A DNA stretch of 62,000 nucleotides from Lama guanicoe. Taxonomy: Eukaryota. The stretch is taken from positions 13,251,950-13,313,949 of the forward strand of contig MU054323.1 in assembly GCA_013239625.1 (NCBI GenBank), written 5' to 3'. The notes beneath the pieces were generated by a model, which had not been told where the DNA came from, ran no database searches, and worked only from the letters and a program-made list of their open reading frames with translations. Position 1 is the first letter of the stretch; each line of letters opens with the position of its first letter. Made by a program: the position numbers and the translations under genes. Below are positions 24,501 to 36,500 of the stretch, one piece after another.

Positions 24501-27500
24501 CCAACCTTTTCAAGCTGTGTCCGTAAGTAATGATCACTTTTTTTTTTCCCCTATTTTTGGATGAGCTTTTTTGGTGGGGATGGGGAGAGAGTATCCAAGA
24601 GAAGGTAAATACTCAGTGGTCAACTGAATAGTGTAAATGTGCAGGGAAATCTCCTGAAGATAACAGGAGGAGGAGGTGGCAGATACCTGTGTTATGAAAC
24701 CATCTCAAAAATGCGTTTTTACTGCCTTCAGAAAAAAAAAGATAGCTCAAACTCAAGGCAGAGAACAAGTACACCGAGGAAATACGCTTTGATGCAAAGA
24801 AAAGAGTTAATAAAGATTAGCATACCTAAGAGATGAAAACAGGTTTTTCCCTCATGAGTATCTTAAGCATTATTTAAGCTGAGTTGAACTTCGTCCCAAC
24901 TTCTGTCTTTAATTAGTCCAAATTCTGAGTCACTTTTGTCTAATTTAATGAGGTTTCACTGTACTTTCTTATTTGGAAGAATCTGCAAAATAGTGACCAA
25001 GGCCCTGTGTTACAAATTTTTTTATTTGGTTCTAATTTCGAATCATCTGTTGTCCTCAAAAACCACCAAAATGTGTCTCTGAAGTTAAGACTGCCTTACA
25101 AATCTGTCTCTAAGATTTCCTTTCACCTGGTGAGGGTAAAATTCTTCCATCACACCTTAGGTTCCCATATTGGTACCGAAAAGATAGTTTCTCCACACAG
25201 ACTCCCCTGCCACAAAACCTAACGCAGTGCAATCACTACAGATCACCTGACAATTAGAGATGTACGCATTTCAGTTGTAAAGTGCTCGGAGAATTTGTTG
25301 ACACTACCTTATTTTTAAGGTACTTGTGTCCATCATCGCAAAGTAGGTAAACACTACAGTTTTTTCAAAGCCATATGCAATTAAAGGTTAAACTAATGTG
25401 TGGCAGAAAACTGTCAAGAGATTGTGGAAAGCAGTTCTGCATTAATTTTTTGTCTTGCTAGGTTTTTGTTTTTTACCTATTTTTTAATGTGGCTTTGGTA
25501 TATGTTAAATTGTATCCTTCTGGTCCCCAGTTTTCAATTTACCATTGTTGTCAAGATACGTTCTTCATGAAGACACCATCATTTATTTTTTAACTGTGCA
25601 TCTCTAACTTTGTGCTCTGAGCTGATGGACAGACATGATGAGATAAAGACAGATGTAGTGAAATAAAAATGACAGTCTCGTTCATTACTTTCAGACTAGC
25701 TTGCCCAGTGTTTTGGAACATTGTTACTAATTACTACTGTTTTCCTTTGAAAACTGTCAAATGCAGATTAGGAAATTTTGAACACAAGTTCTTTCTTCTC
25801 TGTTCTTTCACAGACAGTTCTGATTGTGAAGCAGACGGACATCTAATTATAGGGCTTTTTCAGCGGGTGGTAAAATTAGACTGTAAAGTTACGCTTGCAT
25901 CCAAAGTACATTTGAAAACTGATGCAAGGATTTGGAAATTTCAGGCCAAAAATCACATTGTTGACAATATCCAGATAATTCAGGGATAATGTCTGGCTGA
26001 TTGGAATTGCATGAGTAGGTATTTTAAGGTTAGTTTTATAATTTAAGCATCAAAAAGTTTTATAGAGTCTGGATACAGAATTTGTTGTGAATATTTGGGG
26101 TTATTTTTCCTTAAATAATTTGACTTGTAGTCTGACTAAAATTACTACGTTGAACGTTGCAGGTTAGGTAAACTTGGAGAACTGGTCGCAAAGTGTTTTT
26201 CTGACTAGATCTGATGTCTAGAGTCAAGGGCAGACATCCAGGTTTTAATAAGATTGTAGAAATCTGCCAGTGAGATTTTTGAAGCGCTTACACGTTTCCT
26301 TAGCATTTATTTTCCCTGTCATTGCCCAGATAATACCGAACTTATTAAACAACCATCCATTCGTATTTGAAAAATAAATAATAATTTTATGGTTCAGCTG
26401 CAACAGCTGAAATGATAAGTATTAGGACGTTTGTTGCTAGTTAAATGTTCCAGTTTAGAGTTTGAAGTTACAACCTGGGCTCTTTACCAGTGTTGAGTGG
26501 GCAGATTTATTTCTCTTTCCTCTGAATTTACCACATGGAACGTCGCAGAGATACGTGGAGTTCCTTCAGGATTTGTGACTTGGTTCAATCCAGTCTAATT
26601 TGTTGGTGAACTATATTTTGAAGAAGTCGATGGGGGAAGTATGAAGACAGTTGAGAAAGAATGAGGAAAGAAGGTGATACTTACAAAGTAAGGGGAAAAA
26701 ATACTGGCAAGATGGTGGTACCCTTGATGATCCTGGGGAAGTAACCAGTGCCTGGGGTCACACACATGCATACACTCGTGCACAGACATGCGCATAGACA
26801 CACAGGGGCACTGAGCAAAGTTGTTGTTGCTTATCATTTGGAATAAATGTTCTTGCGAGGTATAAAAACAGCCTTGGCTAGAGCATGGGGGCAGATGAAG
26901 GAGATTGACCACGTTTGCTCAGGCAGCATGAATTTAGGGCATATTCAGGCCATAAAAGGTGTGGCTGACTCTGTGAACTCAAAGAAATGCACTTGGCAGT
27001 GGCCAGGGAGCAGTGGGAAGCTCTCCCTGTTCTCAAATACACTGAGGTGAACACCCTCAGAATTCCTTGACTGCAGCCAAAGGTTGCAACCACATCACTT
27101 TTTCTCCTTGCCCGCTGTCAGTCCTTGACATAGCCAAGCAGAAAGAGGAAAGTGGGGAGGGTCCTGGCATCTGCTGCTTCTGAACTGTGCATCTGTGGCT
27201 CAGGATGCCACTGCCACAGCTGTCTCCAGACCTGCTCCTGCCTATCTGTGGGGAAAGGCGAAACTTCAGAGTTCGTCAGAGCAAATCCAAGAAAGATATA
27301 ATAACCTTTGCAGGCACAGTAGGAAAGCTTTCCATCTTCCTGACCTGCATTTTTCTTGAGAAATTCAAGAGCTACAGGATGAGTGCCGTGGACAGTGCAG
27401 CCATAGGTCCTGTAGAAAACGGCTCAGGTAAAAGAATTCTGAGCCTGGAGGTTTGCTGTTTCACAGTGTCCTTGACCCATGGACTTGGTGCTAATTGACA

Positions 27501-30500
27501 CAAGTGGAGAGGGTTAGAGAGAAGATGTGCTCCGGAGCTGGAAGTCAGTGCAATTGAAGGACACACCCCTCCTGAAAGCCAGTCCTATTTATGAATGTCA
27601 TTCCTTCTTACATTCTGCAGCTTTTCTTTGAGATATGTGTTAGTATTCTACACAATGGGAAACTGAAGCTAGGAGAATCAAGGTAACTTCAAGATCATAC
27701 AGTTTGTAACTGACATTTGAGATTTAAAACTGGGTTTTGTTCCTCCAAATTGAGGGTTCTAGATCAGAGGCTGGCAAATTATAGCCTGTGGGCCAATCCG
27801 CCCCACTGTCTGTTTTTGTAAATGGTTTTACTGGAACACGGCCATGTCCATTCATTTACATATTGTTTAAGGCTGCTTTGACGCTGCCATGGCGGAGCTG
27901 AGACATTGCAACAGAGACCATATGGAGCACAGAGCCTAAAACATTTATTATCTTGCCCTTCGTGAAGGAAGTTTGCTGACTTTTGGGCTTGATCAATGCT
28001 GTCCAATAGAATTTTCCATGATGATGGAAATGTTCTGTATTTGCACTGTCTGATGTGATGGACACCAGTCACAGGTGTCTAGTGTGACTGAGAGATTGAA
28101 TTTTAGGTTGTATCTCATTTACATTTTATCAGAGTAGTGGCATATGGTTAGGGGCTAGCGAATTAGGCCCCATGGTTCTAGATCGTTGTTTCATAAAGCT
28201 GATCGGGTAAGTTACTCCTAGAGCTCCCCCTTTGCCCTGAAATGAGCTTTCCTTCCTGACTTGGTGGTTTTATCCATGGTGACGCTGTTCTCCCGGGAAG
28301 TTAGACTGGGAGCTTCTGTGTCAGCCCTTACTCTTTTGAGCCCTTTAGTCTCCAAGAAAGTTGTTAAATCTTCAAAGTCTATTTTATGCCTTTTCCTTTC
28401 TTTCCCTCTCCTCTGCAACCATCTCAGCTTAGGCCCCTGACTTTCCTCACTTAGTGGCCTCACAGCATCACGGCCTTGAGGTTGGACCAACAAATCTGTG
28501 CCAGCTGTTTGCTCCCAGATAAAAGCAGTAACGGCACAACCCACGATGGTGATGCGACATTGTTACTGTGTGCTTGCTACATGCCAGGCACTGTGATGAG
28601 CACTTTATATGGATTATCAAATATAGTACTTAGAATATCTCGGTAAGGTTTGTATTACTGTTCCCCTACTTTAGAAATGAAGAAATTGAGGCACAGAGAG
28701 GTTAAGGAGATTTGAGACTGGATCTTTCTTACTCCACAAGCGGAGCCTTTCAAGAGGAAGAAGAAAATGGTCTGAATTGACAGGAGCAAGTCACGTATTT
28801 AAGGGGAGCCACTGTTTAGTCTCACTGTACAACAGATGGTCCAACACTGCAGTGGTCTCAGAATCATTGTTTCTTTTATTTTGATTCTTCCAGAATTTAT
28901 TTTTAATAGCCCATTTCCCAAAAAGGGTGCCTAGTGGTTCTTACTTCCCTAGGAAAGTCATCTCTTGCCTAGGTGGTACCTAGGAAAGTGACCTGCTCCC
29001 ACACCTGTGTTCCAACACTTATTGCATAAGGACTTTAAAGGCATGAAACACTCTAATGTGGAATTTGATCCTAGAAGTGAATGAGGATATTGGAGGTGTT
29101 TGGAGGTGGGGAGAGTAAAAACAGACTAGTAGGAAAAGTTAGCTATATGCTATCTTCTGAAGTCTTAATCTGTTTTTCTGCTTAATAATATTTACATTTG
29201 TGTCTGTTCAAATTGATAAGAGCAGCTTATCTTTGAAAGTATAATCAGAGTTGATAGTCCAACCCTATAATTAAGTGTAAGTTGCTTAATACTTTATTGG
29301 GGAGCCCAAATATGAGAACCAGAGCCTCTTACCTTCTTATTGCTGTTTGTAATTGAATTGCCGGCCTCACTGGATATCTGGTGAGGATTCAATACTCTAC
29401 ATGGGTACAGAGCTATATGTTTATTACTTTTGAAGATTTCTCTCACGTCTGTAGCCAAGAGCAAGCAGTCTCTTAGAGCTCAGTTACACACCACTACGTG
29501 TATTCATTCCTTAAAAAAACTGAATTGCTGATTTGGCGTTTGGGGTTCGTTTTGGGGACAGTCATGGTAGATTACCTCAAAGTAGCGTTCGTGGATAGGG
29601 GAGCAAGGTCAGTGTCACCGGGCCGGTGCCTAAGATAGTGTCACTTCCCTGCATGCGTGGGTGAGATGGATACAAGGAAGTGAACATGAAGAAGTCAGTG
29701 CAAGGAGGCCAGTGTCCAGGATTTGAGGAAACTCTCTGCTCTGCTTTAAATGACCCTGTTCCTGGGATCTAGAACTAACATTAATGCGATTAGTATCATA
29801 ATTAAGCCCTACCATGTGTAAAATAGGCTTTTGTGAGTTGACAAGACATTGTTTCTATGGAAATTAGTGGTATAAATTCCAAACACTTTGGAGGAGAAAT
29901 TTTGGAAGAAGATCCTTTGCGAGCTGATTATCCTCGAACTATGTATGCGATTGAAAGCTTTACAACCTATAGAGAGACACACGTATACACGTGCTGTATA
30001 AGTGACAGTTGGTTATTCCAGAAACTTATTATCCTTTGGGGGATAATAACCATGCTCTTAAATTTCTTTTACTTTTGTTCTGTAACCTTTGATCTTTCAT
30101 CGCTTACTTGCAGAGGCTCCAGAAAATGAGTAGAAGGTAAAGACTCAGACTTCCCCCATTTACCGCATTTTTTCTGTAGCTCTGAGCAGACCTGGCTTTT
30201 TTATTACAGGAAGTGTGAGTTTTGGAGCCTTAGGAAGGTCTCCTTTGATCCCTTCAATCCCATGCTCCCATCTTCCAATCCACTTACAAGAACCTTTCTT
30301 TAAACTATTTTCACTTTGTTGAAGTTCTACCACTAAGCAGTGATGAAGTTGTGTACAAATGCCCTTAAGAGGACAGAGATGCCTATTTTTAGTAATAAGG
30401 GAGGCTGACATGTATTTTGTGTCTGCTCTGAACCAAAGTTTAGCGTATGGTATTTTTTAGCCTATACATTGAGCTTGTCATTAATAAGTGAGGACGTTAC

Positions 30501-33500
30501 TGAGGCTCAGCCAGTGTATTAGTCAGGGTTCTCTCCAGAGAAACGGAACCAATAGGGTGTGGGCAGGTGGGGAGGGATTTTTAAGGACTTGACTCACATG
30601 ATTGTGGAGGTTGGCAAGCCCAAGCGCTGCAGGGCAGGCTGGCAGGCTGGAGACTCAGGGAGGAGTTGACGTCACAGCCAGAGTGTGAAGGCAGCCTGCT
30701 GGCAGAATTCCTTTCTTCCTCTGGGGAGATCAGTCTTTTCTTCTCATCAGGCCTTCAGCTGTTTGGATGAGGCCCACCCACACTCTGGAAAGTCCTCTGC
30801 TTGACTCAAATTCTGCTGATTTAAATGTTAATCTCATGTGAAAACTACCTTCGCATCCTCATTCGGACCTATATTTGGTGGACCTGGGTATGGTGGCCTC
30901 GCCCAGTGGACACAGATCGGCTGTCACAGCCAGTGTGAGGGACTTCCCTGGGTTATCTGGCTGGCAAATGGTAGGCCCGCTACATGAACCCACATCTGTC
31001 TGGTTCTAAAAACCCTTGCCCTTTTCACTGTGCTGTGGTGCCTTAATTGAATCAGGTTGTTTCTTGTAGCTGAAATGTCAGTCCTTTTGGAAGAATAAAA
31101 ATTCAGCTCTGAGCAGGAAGAGGAGGTGCTAGAGGAATTGGGTAGGGGAAAGTCAAATCGGAAAAAACTCATTTGAACATCAGTACAATGGAGAAGAGCT
31201 CTTGCTGACGTGGGGACAGAACAGAGAGGTGACCGTGAGGCTTGGTCTGTGCCGCAGCTTTGACGTGGCCTGGGACTGGCGTTGTAGAATATTCTCCATG
31301 CATATTTACATTAGAAAATGGACTTCTTGAAGGCGGGGTTGTATCTTACTTATCCTGCTGTGTGCCTTGTGTGCTTAGGAGCTGTTAGATTAATGAAGTC
31401 TTGTCTCCTCAATTTATAGGGGAAGAGTCAGGATTAGGATTTAGGTATTGGATGAATACGGCCTGATGTGCTTTTGCAACATGTTCTGAGGGGTTGAGGA
31501 TATTATCTGTTCCTTCTCTGATGTGCTGCCTGGACTGGGGGCCTCGTGTGACATTGCTGGTCAGAAGCTGCTCTCTGCCTCCCGTTCGCTGGACACTGGC
31601 CTGGAATGAGATTGTCTGGGGCCCTGCAAGCTCTCACGATCCTCAAAGGAAGAAGAGCAGCAGCTGACTTGTATCAGCTATGTTCAGTTCCTGATTTTCC
31701 ATGGTGCCTTGTTGTTTACCAGACTCTGCCCTAGAAGTACCTCTGTTATGACGAAATGCAAGATAAAAAAACGAGGCAGTGATTTTGATAATAGATGACT
31801 ACTTTATTTGGGTGGGTTTATTTTGGTCGAAGTTACTTCTTTTCACTTAGGGACGCAAACCTGATTTTTAATGCTCGCTAAAATGAAAGACAGGACCAGA
31901 CAGAGACAGAGACAGAGACGTTAGATGTCCTGACTCTAGAACTCATTTGATAAACTGACTCTAAATCAAGAAGGGTGATGCCCTGAATCTAGGTGGGTTT
32001 ATTCTGAAGCGTGGCTTCTAAGAATCCAGACGTTCATGTTTGTTCCATGAAATGTCGATCTGGTTTTTGTTGTTTCTTGGGTGACGTCAGGCCTTATCTC
32101 TCTGCTTCAGCGGACACCCCTGTGATCTCTGAAGAGAAGGGGCCGTGTTACCGACTTGTCAGTTCCGGAAGGCAGTGTATGCACCCTCTGTCTGTTCACC
32201 TCACCAAGCAGCTCTGCTGTTGTAGTGTGGGCAAGGCCTGGGGCCCGCACTGTGAGAAATGCCCCCTCCCAGGCACAGGTAAGATGCGCCCAGCCGTGCA
32301 CTCACATCCGTGCCCCGCTGCACAAGCACACAGGATGATTTTGGCAGCTTGGGTTATTTTTGGTTTCTGACTTTAAAATGCATTGTATTATTAATAAGTA
32401 ATTTTAATCACTTGTGTAGAAACTACGAACATATGAGGTTGAATCAGTGGAAAAAATTACTTACAAAGAGATTTTCCAATTTCTGTGTAATGTTAGACTT
32501 CCTTTTGGACATTGAGAAGAGCCGTGACTTTTTCTCCGTAGCTTCTAGGGCCCTAAGTTGGCTCTGAAAAGTGCCCTGTTGGGTCTGTACTTTCCTAACG
32601 ACTGATTGCTCACCACTTGCCCAGTGACTAGACCTGGGGATGTTTACTCAGTCACTGTTCTGGTGAGGATATTGCACTTCTTTTCTCCAGTTGGAAATGG
32701 AGAAAACTATATTCATGATTGAATTTATGCTGTGAAGGTTTATAACTCAAGGGCAGGTCCTGCTGAAGCTCCTGTGAACTTCTGGGTAGGGACTGAATAT
32801 TAAGAAGTCGATTTATTCTTTATCCTTCGGTTTGGTACATAATGGCCCAATGCCCTGAAAACATAAATTTATCTGTGTGCCTTACTCCTCTCAGGGAGTC
32901 ACCAGCTTCTCAAGCAGGGTCACGCAGAGTCAGGTGGAAGAGAAAGAAACATACCCTGCAAATACTGGGCGTGATCTTATCCCAAAAAAGAGTAGCCCCA
33001 CTTGGGGTTGGCATAAACAGTGTACTTAATTTCTTGTTTGACAAGATGGTTCCCTCTTAGGGAAGAGCATTAACTCCCACTTATTTTAATGTCTCAAACC
33101 TGTAACTTACACTGTCGTAGGCAAGATTTAAATATAAATTTAAATATCATGAGCCACCTCTTCTGATGGCTGGGATCAGAAAGAACTGGTAAGGCAGAGA
33201 TAGTGTGTTGATGGCGTTTTAGTATACTGGATAATCTTTGACATCTTCAAAAGGTCCTAGTATCTTCCTGTGGGATCTGAGTCTCTCAGTGTTTAAAAGT
33301 AATAGTCAATGAAATAAATAATCTTGATAATTCATGGTAATCCTTCCTCTTTAAGCTCAATTTTGAAAGCTTCTGTAACCCTAACATGGAGCGTGAATCA
33401 AGAAGGTGGCTCTTCGGTAAAATACAATAGCTAAATTTGAAAGTAATATTAAAGATAAAATGTTTGCATGTAACCAATTTTTGCTTATATGGTGATTTTC

Positions 33501-36500
33501 ATAAAAATAATACTTAGTTCATTAATACTTGAAACATTTGTTAGAAAAACATGCTTTTTTCTGGAAACAGTTATTCTTTCACGTGGAAATTGTATTTCAT
33601 AGTTTAACGTAAGAATGAGATTCCACCATTTAATGTGTGATCCTTAGAAAAACAATGTTTTAGCCTGCTTTGAGGAGTATTTTAGAGTTTTGTTTATACT
33701 GAACTAATTTTAGGTCCAGAACATTCAATAGGAGATCTCTTGTTCAGTGGAAGTGAGAAGAGACTATTTTACTTTCAATTTTAAAAGTACAAATAAAAAA
33801 AGTTGACCGTAAGCTCCTTGGTGTCTGCACTTGGTAACTGGCCTCCAATACCAACACCGAAGGGGTGAGGTGGATTTTTCCTCCTCTGGCCACACACTGC
33901 CTTGCCGCCCTTGTCTTCCCCCTTGGCTTATTCCTGGCGATTATGCAATGGAGGTTAGCACATCACATGTGCCCAGTCTGCTTTTTGTTTAAACGTACAA
34001 ACCCGCTTTCCTGGCGAGAATAGTAGTTCTGAGGCCCAGAATATCTTCTTGTCCTTGAGATAATTCGACCAGTTGGTCATAGTCCGGCTTTTGCTCACTG
34101 GTCATCCCTTGCCTTGAAACTAACTGCACTCTAACTTGGTGTCACCTTGTTCTGTTTCTCTCCACCACCTCTTGAGCATGTGTACATGGCTGGATTCCTT
34201 TTCACCATCTCTCTTCAAAACCACTTGTCCTTTCCAGTCCTTCTTAACCAGCCTCTCCTTGTTGGCTGAGACTCTCCATTCTGGCTGATTCTTTTGGGCT
34301 CTTCAACTGGAAACAAATTGATGAAGATTTCAGCACCTCCTTGCCGTCAATAGTGGATTCTTTGTCTTTTTTAACCTTCTTGCTAGTCATTTAACTTAGA
34401 TATCACTGAGCTCCTAATTAATAACTACTGAAGTCATACCAAAGTAAGAGGAAAAACCTGATTTTTGCTGATATTGCGTACACACACATACTTATGAGAT
34501 ATATATAATATATATAGTATGTTCTGAACCTAAAAGTCTAACGTATTGCATATATTTTTATATAAAATACATAATGTGGTTTATAATAAAAATACATATA
34601 ATATCTCATAATTTGTTTTGATATATATGTATATATGCTCTGATATATGCTATATATGCTATATATATAATTCTGATTGGGAGAATAAGGAAGTAACAGA
34701 TGAAGGAATGTTTAGTAAGAGAAAAGTTTGGGTTTTCTGTAAATATACTAGTTTAACAGGAATTCAAGCATTTTGCATCCGTTTTTGAAGTTTTTAAATG
34801 TAACGTTATTAGTGATGATTTATTAAGAGATATTCATCATGCTATTTTCCTCTGTATAAGTTTGCACTTTTAGATTTTTAAAAGGAATATTTTCCCATCC
34901 CAAATCTAGCTGCTTTTAAGGAAATCTGTCCTGGTGGAATGGGTTATACGGTTTCTGGCGTTCATAGACGCAGGCCGATCCATCACCATGTAGGTAAAGG
35001 ACCTGTATTTGTCAAGCCAAAGAACACTCAACCTGTTGCTAAAAGTACTCATCCTCCACCTCTCCCAGCCAAGGAAGAGCCGGTGGAGGCCCTGACCTTC
35101 TCCCGGGAAAAGGGTCCAGGAGCTGCGGAGCCAGAAGGTAAGAGTGGAAACGGATCATGGACCTAGCCATCTGTGTGTCTTTGCTGTGGTTTCCCTGCTC
35201 ATCCCCTCTAGAACAAGGGCTGTCAGCCTTGGCACTGTTGACACTTTGGGGTAGATAGTTCTTTGATGTGGGGGGCTGCTCTGTGCTCTGTGGGATGTTT
35301 AGCAACATCTCTGGCCTCTAACTTCTAGTTGCCAGTGGTACCCTCCCCCTTCCAGTTGTTGCAACCAAAAAGGTGTCCAGACATTGTTCAGTGTCCCCTG
35401 GGGGCAGAATTAACCCTGACTGAGAAGCACTGCTTCAAAGTAATAGGTACCTAGCTGGTTATTCCATGGTAATCTTAGGACACTGTCTTGTGTTTGGAAC
35501 CTACCTTTTCTTGGTGTTTATCCCTGGAGAGTGATTTGGATTCTTCAGGATATAGCCCGAATTAATTTCTGTGTCTAGAGGGCCATTTAATGAATTTTCA
35601 TTTACTTTAAAAAGTAGAATCTGCACACTTAAAAGTTAAAGCATCAACTGAGCTTCCAAGAAGCAGAGCCCCACAGGCAAACAGGGATAATGGGAGGCAG
35701 AATGCAGGAAGACAGGGTCAACAAAAGGGATGCCGGAAATCACCTAGTGAAGCGCTTTGAAAATCCTAAGACAGAAAGAGGGAGCCTGACTTGTCAGATG
35801 TCGTACAGAGAGTATGTGATGAGACCAAGGAACATACCAAGGGAGTGGCTAAGGCCTCATACTCCAGGGGGAGACCAGAGACAGTTGACTTTGACTCTCT
35901 CTCTGTGACTTCAGAGAGAGGAATTACCTTTCTATCTCTCCATATAAACTAGCATATCCAATCCTTTGAGTATTGTTACCACGAAAGAGCCCACCCCAGA
36001 CTGAAGGAACAAAAATCTGAGCTTTGTGTGGAATATCTCTTGGCTCTAATAAAACTCCCGTTGGCTTTTGATTCTTAGTCAGAATTCAGGGTACCCGTTG
36101 ATGGATTTTCTGAGGAGAGAAGGTGCCCAGGTTTGTGAGGATTTGGGAGCCTGGCCAGGCCTCCCCCCTGGTAGAGAGGTCTCTTTCCAAGGCTCTGAAC
36201 CTCTGTGTGTTCTAGCCTGTTTTATTCTGCTCTTTCTCTCGCTGCCCTTCTCCAGGGCTTGGCAGCCCAGGCAGGACCTCACCTAGAATTGACAGTGTTG
36301 GCCAGATTGTTCCTATACACTTCGGGTGTCGTGGCCAGGTGTTTGCAACTCCTCCTCCTTTGCACAAGCAGGAGGAAATGGGCTGTGATCCAGATTCTGC
36401 GTCATGACTTTCTGGGTGGTGAGAAAGGCAGAACAGGTTGTCGGTTGACTTTTTCTAACCACAAGTGTATTGCAGCAGTGGTAGCAATCTGGTGCCCTGA

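Noticed and set aside
28945..28990. Repeated cctaggaaagt and hairpin cctaggt-ggt-acctagg
   Set aside because: Only a 7-bp stem and an 11-bp repeat; too short to separate from chance or local slippage
31898..31920. (AGACAG)n as a Smad-binding element array
   Set aside because: Simple hexamer repeat with only one full CAGAC; no support for function
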